64,000 nucleotides of DNA, taken from assembly GCA_043228905.1 (NCBI GenBank), contig JBHGNT010000140.1, positions 3,864 through 67,863 on the forward strand, written 5' to 3'. Under the pieces are notes generated by a model. That model had not been told where the DNA came from and ran no database searches. It saw only the letters and a program-made list of their open reading frames with translations. The stretch is from Azolla caroliniana (Eukaryota; Plantae; Polypodiophyta). The first letter of the stretch is position 1. Every line of letters begins with the position of its first letter. Both the position numbers and the translations under genes were made by a program. Shown in pieces: positions 1 to 9,377 of the stretch.

Positions 1-2431
1 CATTACGATGAGGCGGACTCCTCTCGGCCTGGTGCGGATGTGTACCCTGCCACAAGGAGGGACGAACTCAGGGGCTCACATGGTGAACGCGATGAACAAA
101 GTGCTCAGGGATTGTATCTCGGACATCACCATGCCGTTCTTAGACGACATCCCGATCAAGAGTGTCCCGGTGGAGAAAAGGGACGAGGAAATCGGGCCGG
201 ACGGATGTCGGAATTTCGTGGCGTCCCACATCGATGACTGCGAGAAGGTGCTGCAGAGATTAGAGTGTGCGAGGCTCACCTTCTCCAGGGAAAATTTGGC
301 CTTCGGACAGTTGGAGATCTTGGTGGTCGGACACCTGTGTGGGCCTTACGGTAGGAAACCATCTCCGGCAAAGGTAGAGGCCATCTCCGCGATGAGGAAC
401 GTTTGCGGGTCGGTCACGGAGGTCCGCAGATTCTTGGGGGCATGCGCGTTCTAGCACATCTGGATCCCACACTACGCACATGTCGCGGAACCCCTCTACA
501 GACTATTAAAAAAGGGGCGTAGCTTTGAGTGGAGGACGGAGCACACGGAGTCGGCTCTCCGTAAAGCGGTTTACGGCAAGGATGTTCCCATCTGCGTAAC
601 GGTGGACACCAGCCCGACCGGGATCGGGTGGGTAATCAGTCAGGAGGACAAGGGCGACACACGATTCTCGATCCGGTTCGGGGCGAAGGTATTGAGCAAG
701 CGACAGCGAGGGTACGCCCAAGTTAAGCACGAACTTTGGGGTGTCATTTCAGCGGTCAAGGCCGACAAGGATTATCTGATCGGGACGGAGGTGATTATCG
801 AGACGGACTGCCTGCCGATACTCGGCATGGTTTCCGGATGCGTGACGCCGGACCTAGCAATGCTCCGGTGGATAGCGTACATTAAGTCCCTGAACCCGAA
901 GATACGGCACATCTCCAGAAAGGACAACGCCATGGCCGACATGCTTTCGAGGGCAAGGTTCAACGACGAAGACGGCATGGTTTCGGAAGACGAAGAAGTC
1001 GGCGAGGACTTCTTCGGGTCGGCTAACGTAACGATGAGGAAAGGGAACACTCCGGCGCTTAACGAATTTGATGAAAGCAGGTACGATGGGGAGTGGCTCC
1101 AAATCGGGAGGTTCCTACGGACGATGACGCCGGACGCAACATGGGCGAAAGAGGAGGCGAGCTGGATACGGAGGAAGGCGTACCGATTCTTCCTGCGGGA
1201 CGGGTGCATATGGAGGCACCCAAAGAAGAGAAGCGGCATTACACTCCGAATAGTGGCAAAGAAAGAAGAACAGGGGAAACAACTTACGGCATTTCACGAG
1301 AGCCCCTGGGCCGGACACCGCGAAACGTGGGCCACTTTCGAGAAGCTGAAGGAGAAGTACTGGTGACTGGGGTTGTACCAAGACGTGCATCGGTTCGTAA
1401 CGACTTGCGAGAGCTGTCAGATGCACTCCGTAGTCCGACACCGGGACGAGCTACACCCGACCTACCCGCCTACGGTCCATTTCAAGTGGATGGTGGACTT
1501 GGTGACGATGTCGATGGGGATAGGACAGATGCGATACCTTGTGCTTGCACGAGAAGACTTAACGAACCAAGTGGAAGGCCGTGCAATGCAAAGCAAGACA
1601 ACCGCAGCGGTATGCCGGTTCCTAATCGAAGAACTAGTGTGTCGGTACGGGTGCGTCGAGAGGATCGTGGCGGACCGGGGAGAGTTGGATGCGCGGGAGG
1701 CCGAGGAGTTGTTCGACCGGCTGGGCGTCAAACTCTCCCTCACCACGGCGTACAATCCGGAGGCGAATAGAAAGGTGGAACGTGGGCACGGACCGATTGT
1801 AAAGGCGTTGGTGCGTGCATGCGGTGGGCAGGTCGGGAATTGGCCGCGACTCCTTCCTTACGCGCTATGGGCGGACCGGACTACGCACAGTTAGGTGACA
1901 AGGTTAATGCCGGCGGAGCTAATGTACGGACAAAAACCGATCATGCCGGTGGAACAGACGGTTTCTTCGTGGGCGGCGGTAGATTGGAAGGACGAAATGA
2001 GCCAGGAGGAGTTGTTGGCGGCGCGGATTCGGCAACTCAAGCGGAGGCCGGAGAACGTGATACAGGCGAAGGAAAAGTTGCGAGCGGCGAGGGAGCATAA
2101 CAAGACCCGGTTCAACCGGACGCACCGGTTGCGACCAAAGAAGATCGAGGAAGGCGATTGGGTCTTGGTATACGACAGCAGCCTCGACAATAAGCACAAG
2201 GCAGTGCGAAAGTTTGCTAGGAGATGGTTCGGGCCCTACATGGTGACGAGCGCGAACGGCAACGGCACGTACCACCTCGCGGAGCTCGACGGGACACGGT
2301 TAGCGGTGCCGGTGGCCGGAAAGCGGATCAAAGCTTTCAAAAAGCGGTTCGAAGATGAGCCGGAGCCTGTGAACGGGAGCGACAATGACGATCAGTTCGG
2401 GTCCGGCGGAGAACCAGAGAGCAACGAGTGA
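1..2431 (+). pseudogene. Degenerate Ty3/gypsy pol (RT end, RNase H, integrase) of element 1; 5' part lies outside the window
   Basis: RT motifs LPQGGTNS and PFLDD; RNase H VDTS..ELWG..IETDC..NAMADMLSR; integrase HHCC (H..H..CESC), WMVDL..VADRG..KVERG and GPY/F motif RRWFGPY; broken by stops (452-454, 1364-1366, 1892-1894) and a frameshift. Confidence 0.95.
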
Positions 2432-2483
2432 GGCCGGGTTTCTTCAATTTCTAACCGTCTCTGGCGCATATCGGTGGATGCGC

Positions 2484-2500
2484 GGTTTGGTGGGGGTGGA
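2484..2500 (+). promoter_or_regulatory. Polypurine tract of gypsy element 1
   Basis: GGTTTGGTGGGGGTGGA immediately before the LTR start TGTCGTGAAG; equivalent tracts at 15035-15051 and 20302-20318. Confidence 0.8.
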
Positions 2501-2797
2501 TGTCGTGAAGAAAACCGACCATAAGCGGAATCGGAGAGAAAGCGCGTAAACCGGCCCCTACACGGATGGACGCGTGACTGGATACTTTGTACGCGAACCG
2601 GTGGATGTGACTACTAAGCCACACGCATTTATTAGAGGGGATTGTGCATATCCCAAAGGGGGAGAGGGAATAAAAGGCAAGAGGAGAAAGAAAAGGGGGG
2701 ATATCGCGCGCGAGGGAGAAGGGAAGGGCTGCTACAGAAGGGAAGCCGAGCTCTCTCTCTACTCCTTGAGCCGTCGTTCTCTGTGGGTCCATCGCCG

Positions 2798-3292
2798 CCT
2801 GTGGGAGTGCGTTGCCTCTGCTTCGTGGACAGCCCATGAGCTTCCAATAGAGTCGCTCCCTTTTCCCTTTGTTTCTTGGAGTCGGGTGACTGTCGTCGGT
2901 GTGCGTGAGTAGGGTCCCCGTGTCGGGTCCGTCGCTAACAATCGGCAACGGTTCGGTTCGGTCCTGTGGGAGTGCGTTGCCTCTGCTTCGTGGACAGCCC
3001 ATGAGCTTCCAATAGAGTCGCTCCCTTTTCCCTTTGTTTCTTGGAATCGGGTGATTATCGTCGGTGTGCGTGAGTAGGGTCCCCGTGTCGGGTCCGTCGC
3101 TAACAATCGGCAACGGTTCGGTTCGGTCCTGTGGGAGTGCGTTGCCTCTGCTTCGTGGACAGCCCATGAGCTTCCAATAGAGTCGCTCCCTTTTCCCTTT
3201 GTTTCTTGGAGTCGGGTGACTGTCGTCGGTGTGCGTGAGTAGGGTCCCCGTGTCGGGTCCGTCGCTAACAATCGGCAACGGTTCGGTTCGGT
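2798..3292. repeat. Three tandem 165-bp units spanning LTR sequence + hAT TSD + first 27 bp of the hAT left end
   Basis: Units start at 2798, 2963 and 3128 (CCTGTGGGAGTGCGTTGCC...); middle copy has 3 transitions. Confidence 0.95.
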
Positions 3293-3610
3293 TCGAAAGC
3301 CTCAAACCCAAACCGGTTCGAACCGAACCGTTAAGAAAATGTTGTAACCCAAACCGAACTGAACCAAACCACAAAACCGTCTAAACAGAAACCGTCTAAA
3401 CCGAACCGGTTGCACGAAATTCAAACCTGAACCAAACGGTTCTTGAAGTACTAGAACCGTTAAACCGGTTAAACCGCGGTTTCGCGGTTTGGTTTTGGTT
3501 TCGGTATGAAACAAATTATTAATGTTTTTTCTCAATGCATTATGAACTTAACAAGTTATATCAATTGGCCATTATAATGATACATAAAACTTTAAATAAG
3601 AACAATTTTC

Positions 3611-4533
3611 TTATGAGGAAAGTTTCTCATATGCAACGATGAAAATTGCAACAACAAGAGCACCAATAAGTGCACCCATAATTCATTTAATGAAAATTGC
3701 AACAAGAGCACCAATAAGTCCACCCATAATCCATTTGTTGTGACTTATTCTTTGTGTCTAATGAAATCTACAAAACTAGGGATTGTTCGGAACCTTAGCA
3801 ACAACTTCTTGAGACGGTGTTCCCAGCAAGTCAGTAATGAGGTCTAACTGATGTGCAACATTTCTACCAGGAAAGAGTGGTTCTCCTGTCAATAGTTCAA
3901 CGAATATGCATCCAATGCTCCGCATGTCAACTGCAGTTGTGTACTATAATAGCAAGTTGCAACCAAGAGAATATGTAAGGCAAACAAAGACAACACACAT
4001 AAGTCCATAGAATACTTTAAGAGACCAGACAAGCATTTTCGTAGTTCATCATAAAAAATGACACATTTACAGGTCATCAGACAAAATAAAACATTCACAT
4101 GCCTGATGACCTGTAAATCTTCGTGTTATGGATATTAAAATCTTCTTACTCTTGCCAATGTTGTCATCCACATCACCTGACACCAAGCTACAATATCAAA
4201 AGCAACATCCTCAAAATTTTAGCATAGATACATCAGAAAGAATCAAAATATTAAGAGAACAAATTCTTAATTTTAAAGTAATCTAGCTTCTCTAATACTA
4301 AAAACCTTGAAATGTAATCATGATTCATGAATAAATCAACCAGAGAAAATATCTCCATTTAGAGAGTAGCAAAGTAGAAAAACTATATATCATCGTACCT
4401 TATCTTGTGCATGAAGGAGTGTTTGTCTCGGTTGATGGAGATCTTGCAATATGGAAACACCAAGTTCCTCAGTTTCTAGAATAGCCCTCTTGCTTTCTTT
4501 AATTTTTTCACTAGATTGATTAAGTCTCTCCAG
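3611..4533 (-). pseudogene. VTI1: Captured VTI1-type Qb-SNARE gene fragment (last two exons plus intron), interrupted by a 360-bp insert
   Basis: ~4533-4399 ERLNQSSEKIKESKRAILETEELGVSILQDLHQPRQTLLHAQDK then GT donor; ~4172-4118 VDDNIGKSKKILISITRR; ~3748-3611 ISHNKWIMGGLIGALV..AIFIVAYEKLSS* (TM segment partly duplicated); matches plant VTI11/13 SNARE and TM motifs as recalled. Confidence 0.88.
3794..3943 (-). pseudogene. Captured single exon of a MAP kinase (group D/TDY-type, subdomains IX-X)
   Basis: 150-bp AG/GT-bounded exon translating [50 protein letters not shown], matching the plant MAPK pattern YTPAIDIWSIGCIFAE.LTGKPLFPGKNVVHQLDL.TDLLGTP. Confidence 0.9.
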
Positions 4534-4728
4534 CATACGAGATAATTTTAAAATGACATCAATATAACAATGGTGGATCCAAGTTAAAACCACCAAATCA
4601 TGAAAAATGAACAAATTTAAGTTCAAATGCCAAACACTTAAATTTTAAATTTTAAATATGTCCATCAACAATATGAAAGTATAATGTTTGAAATTAAAAA
4701 GAAATATATGGGCAATTAAGCACGTGTT

Positions 4729-6986
4729 CTAACTTCTAATTTGACTCAACATATAGTCCACTACATCATCCTCCATAGCAATATCTTCCACATCTATATC
4801 CAACTTATTATACGCTTCACTAAAGTCTTCAGGTAATGAAACATTTGCCTCATTAAGGACATCCAACCATGACCTAATGCACATTTCAGCCTTGAAAGTG
4901 CATGAGTGTAGACGAATTCTATCGTGAAAGTTATCTTTTGCTTCAGAATTAGCCTCCTCTGAAGGCACTGATGATGCTGGTATTGCTAAATAATCACACG
5001 CCATCTTGTACATTCGAGGTAAAGCAAACCTGGTTTAGATGTAAACAAACATTTTGAAACTGATTTTGCACAAATTTGATGAAAAATGTTAAATTTATAA
5101 TTGAGAAATGTGAAGCAAACCTGTTGTTAAACCACCATTGAAGTGGATCAATATCTATTTGTGCTACTGCTAGAGGAAATCTCATAAACTGTTCCATTTC
5201 TAATTGTGAAGATGTCACTGATTCTTGAGAAGGCTTATTGACACCTAAGATTTCCCAAAGATCTTCACGTTTTGTAACATCTCTTTCATGTGTTTCATCA
5301 TTAGAAGCCGGAACATAAACTACATAATTTTTTTCCAAGACTTTGTGAACCAAATCAATATCCAAATTCTTCTCAATTGCGTTATTGGATATTGGAACTT
5401 TGAAAACATATATGAAGATGAAACACATTACGAAATATGTATGAAAAAAATATACCAATCAATTTACTATGTATGAAAAAAGCTATTAATAGAGCAACAT
5501 ACCGTGGATCAAGAAAGGTCGCAATTCGAGAAGGTATGGACTTCAATGATTCTTGATATCTTATCAAATATTGTAAACATTTGTCACTAGCTTTTTCTTG
5601 CACTTCAATAGTTACCTTACTTGTGTTAGATTCTATTGATTCCACATCCACTCCCAAATACTTGTTACAATGTGATAACATGCCATTGAAGGCAAGAGAA
5701 GCTAGTGAGAGGGTGGGGTACTTTGACCCACTTAAATAGGTACAAATTCTAGCAGGTAGAAGAAGCCATTGTTCCATTGCTTGTATGTGGTTCCAATAAT
5801 CTATAGTAAGCATACTATCAACAAAATCCGTAGCAATAATAGAGTCGGCTATAGTGCAACTTAAAACATCTCTAAGTTTCAAGGCTTCTTGGTACATTTC
5901 TAAGGTGGAATTCCATCTCGTAATGATATCAAGACAAGGTGGCTCCCACTCTCCATGCTCATACATTGATTTAGAATACTTTCTAAATATAGCTCTACGA
6001 ACTTTACTAGAACGTATGGATACCAAAATATTTCTCAACTTCATAGTGGAAGGTGAGATGACCTCTAATGCAGCCTTAATACCAAGTTGAAATCCATGAA
6101 CCATACATCTCAACATATTTGATGAAGGCAAAATATCATCCCCATGCATATCATGTAGCAATCTACCCAACTCATTTGATGCCACAATAGCATCACTAGC
6201 ACCATCAGATGTTACGGATAAGATGTTAGAAGAAATACCGAAGGATTTTAAACGCATAAATAAAGCTTGACCACAACGCTTACCTACGCCATCACCAGGA
6301 AATACATGGAAGAAATCAATGAGCATAGACATTGGCTTGGCAGATTCTCTACATACCCAATGTAATGTCATTGGATAAAATCCTTTCAAACTATTATTAG
6401 ACCACCCATCAAATGTAATTGCAAAACGGGAATCGAGTGTAGACAAAAAACCTATAACTATTTGACGAATGACAACATACATTTGCCCTATTGATCGTTT
6501 TAAAGTACGTGCTGACTTAAGCCTATACCCTGGTAAGACATCATGCATGAATTGTTTAAAACCTAAGGACTCAACATGGACATGAGGCAACATTTCTGTG
6601 ATTATATATTTTGTGACAACGCTATCAATTTTCTTCTCTAATGTGCGAGTTATTAGAAGCTTGGATGTATCTAAGGGATTTTGGATCATAGACATTGGAC
6701 TCATACTTGAGGAACTATGTGGCTCAGATGTGCTATTAATGTGATGTTTTTCTAATAAATGTTTTGTTAGTGTACCCGTGGATGTATTAGTTGACCAAGT
6801 ACTAGAGCAATGTGAGCATCGACGGCGGGGCACACCATTATCTATGATATTTATCGTGTGTCGGTCTGTCCATGAAGTTCGTTGTCTCTTTGATCTTCCT
6901 TGAGATGTTTGACTTGTAGAAGCCGAGGACATTGTGTTTGGGGATGATAGAGTGTTCATTGAAGGGGCATCCACACTTAACTCCAT
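4729..6986 (-). CDS. hAT transposase with BED zinc finger and C-terminal dimerisation domain; 3 coding exons (6986-5503, ~5405-5121, 5029-4729), possibly inactivated
   Basis: BED finger W..CSHC..STGTLTKHLLEKHH; FDGWS, TSDGASD, RCMVH (CxxH), TRWNS, FLDPR; PLQWW; DYLAIPASSVPSE (catalytic E). Intron 1 has a GT donor at 5502 but no AG at the frame-preserving acceptor position. Confidence 0.88.
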
Positions 6987-8623
6987 GTTCTATGAGGAAT
7001 TAGAAAATTGTATCGGACAATGAAGTCATAATTAGTTGTATAATAAGATGATACATATAAAATCAAGGCCATAGATTACTCAAGATATTGAAGGAGATAG
7101 ATCTTAACATGGAATATTTATAAGAGAACATAGATCTTGATTGAAAATAGTACAAAATCCAATGCATATAAGGAATCAAAAGACGTGGATTATGATACTC
7201 CTGAGCATTTGCGGTTTATTCCTAAGCACCTTCAACGAATCATAAAAAAAGGTTTAAATAATTTATCACATAGATTCAACGAATCATAAAAAAAGATGTG
7301 ATAATGACATGATAGCGTTGGTTAAAAATAGTGGCTATTCATGCCAAATCACCATTGACACCTTTTATCTACCTATCCCACCAGTATGTCTTCTTGATGT
7401 ACAAGAAATAGGACATGCCAATTGCTGAACGCTTGGCATGGTGAGAACATCTTACACGTAGTACAGAAGTCATAAAATAACTATTTCTCACTAACAAATA
7501 ATTGAAGAGGCAACTCCAAGCTAAACCAGCATTTGTAAAGAAGACCTCTATAGGTTATGTTATCATTGGACGTGCAATCATGCCAAAAACACAAGAAGTG
7601 GACCACAATGTTAAACATAAAAGTTGAAAGCAAGACCACTCTAAATTGCAGTATGTCATGTTGTGTATAAAGAAGGGAATATACAATGCTTTTTATAGGT
7701 TTTGGCAACCAATGACTGTAAGATGAATACAAGGCTTTTATATTTTAATCGATGTTGTCTTAACACACGAATCCACAATTACAATGGACCACCAAAGATT
7801 GTAGAAATACCCTTTGGACCTTCAGAATCGTATTATGTGGCTCATCCCAATTCTCTAGCTCAAAGAAGTATTTATGTGCCTTATATGATGCATTCCACAT
7901 GAACTATGTTTAGGAAAAATACCTGATTAGTTTGAGCGCTCACAAACTAGCCTGACCACTGTAGAAGAAGAAGGAGAAGATGATGAAGGAGAGGGAGAAG
8001 AACCGCTGCAATCTGTAGAAGAAGGAGAGGGAGATGAAGGAGAAGCGAAATTAGAATTGAGACTCGTTTGTAGCTACTGTTTGAATAAGAAATAAAAGTA
8101 AAAGTAAAAATAGGTATACAAACTAGGTTTTTGAAAAGCTAGGTTAAATTTGATCACTTTTTCCTAAATTGACATAATTAACCTTCAAAAAATGTGTTGG
8201 AGAGAGAAAATTTATAAAAGTATCTCATCAAACCGTTAAACCATTTAAAACCGTTTAAACCGCGGTTTTAAACTGTTTAAACCGGAACCGTTAAGCCGAT
8301 GAGGACTCAAACGAACCGAACTGAACTTGTGTCCCCCCGAACTGAAACCGAACCATTTGTGAAAATCCAAACCCGAACCGAACCGGTTAAACCGCAGTTT
8401 CTCGGTTCGGTTCGGTTCGGTTCGAACCAAACCGTTGCCGATTGTTATCCGTCGCCGCCACATCGGTCGTAACTGTCAGGGATTGTAATCTCTTGTCATT
8501 ATAATTAAGTGTTACAATTCTATCTCTTTCCTTCCCGCTTTTCGTGTCGGTGAGTCTCTCTCTCTCTCTCTCTCTCTCGCTCCTCGGTCCGAGATCCCCG
8601 TGGTCCCGCCCCTTTCCACACGT

Positions 8624-9214
8624 TGTCGTGAAGAAAACCGTCCCCAGGCGCAAACCGTGTATAGTGTGTGTGTACCGGCCCTTACACGTGGGCACGACCC
8701 TTGTCGTATACTAGATAGGTAGGCACAAAGGTTAAATCCTAGGTAGGAATATTCTATAAGGTAAATCGAGGAGTATCTCTGTCCGAAAGGATAGAGAATT
8801 AATGTGATGTCAACGGGTGAAACGGCCTCCCTCCTTGACCTATAAAAGAGAGGGAGACGGAGGAGAGAAGGGTATCGCACGCTAGAGGGAACGAAGTGCT
8901 ATCGGACTGGGACCGAGCTCTTCTTCTCTGTCGTTCTCCATAGCTTTCTTTTGCGCAGGCTCTCAGGAGGCTGATTCTGCTCCGTGGAACGCCCGTGTGC
9001 TTCCGGCAGAATCTCCATCTTGCTCTCCTGTGTGCGTAGGTGATCAGGCGTCCGCACCCACCTCGCCGACCTGGTCGGCTATAACCGTTTGAGTCGTCTG
9101 CATACATACAAATACATGCCTATATTTACATACACACTCTAGTGTTCTCAACTCGCATCTCCTGTGTTGTTGTGACGCGTCCCCGTGCGCTTCTTTGTCT
9201 ACACGTGAGTGAGC

Positions 9215-9261
<47 letters not shown>

Positions 9262-9334
9262 CCTCACCTATTCCTCGGTCCAAGACCCCAGTGGTCCCGC
9301 CTTGTTCTCCACGCACGCGCGTAACAACGCGACA
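8624..9334 (+). repeat. 5' LTR of element 2
   Basis: TGTCGTGAAG...ACGCGACA; TATAAAAG at 8841; about 22 substitutions (counted by eye) plus a (CT)n length difference versus the 3' LTR. Confidence 0.95.
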
Positions 9335-9338
9335 TATT

Positions 9339-9356
9339 TGGTGAACCCGACGTGAA
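9339..9356 (+). promoter_or_regulatory. Primer binding site complementary to tRNA-Trp
   Basis: TGGTGAACCCGACGTGAA, 4 nt after the LTR, is the reverse complement of TTCACGTCGGGTTCACCA, the 3' end of plant cytosolic tRNA-Trp as recalled. Confidence 0.88.
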
Positions 9357-9377
9357 CAGGCGGCAGAGGAGTAGAAG

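Larger units (their letters stand above)
3266..8447 (-). mobile_element. hAT DNA transposon (5182 bp) with captured host gene fragments
   Basis: 25-bp TIRs TAACAATCGGCAACGGTT(C/T)GGTTCG at 3266-3290 and 8423-8447 (1 mismatch); perfect 8-bp TSD TCCGTCGC at 3258-3265 and 8448-8455; dense AACCG/CGGTT subterminal repeats at ~3290-3505 and ~8230-8440; hAT transposase inside. Confidence 0.96.
2501..8623 (+). mobile_element. 3' LTR of gypsy element 1, split by a hAT insertion (LTR pieces 2501-3265 and 8456-8623) and truncated about 20 bp before its end by element 2
   Basis: Starts TGTCGTGAAGAAAACC like the other LTRs; LTR-type sequence ((CT)n tract, CTCGGTCC..GTGGTCC motif) resumes after the hAT right TSD. 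Confidence 0.85.

Noticed and set aside
2931-2940. ...TAACA as the end of the first LTR
   Set aside because: TAACA is the start of the hAT TIR; the LTR resumes after 8455
2451-3374. 307-aa and 170-aa repeat-containing ORFs; CRISPR-like appearance
   Set aside because: These are by-products of the 165-bp (55-codon) tandem repeat in LTR/TIR DNA; there are no unique spacers or cas genes
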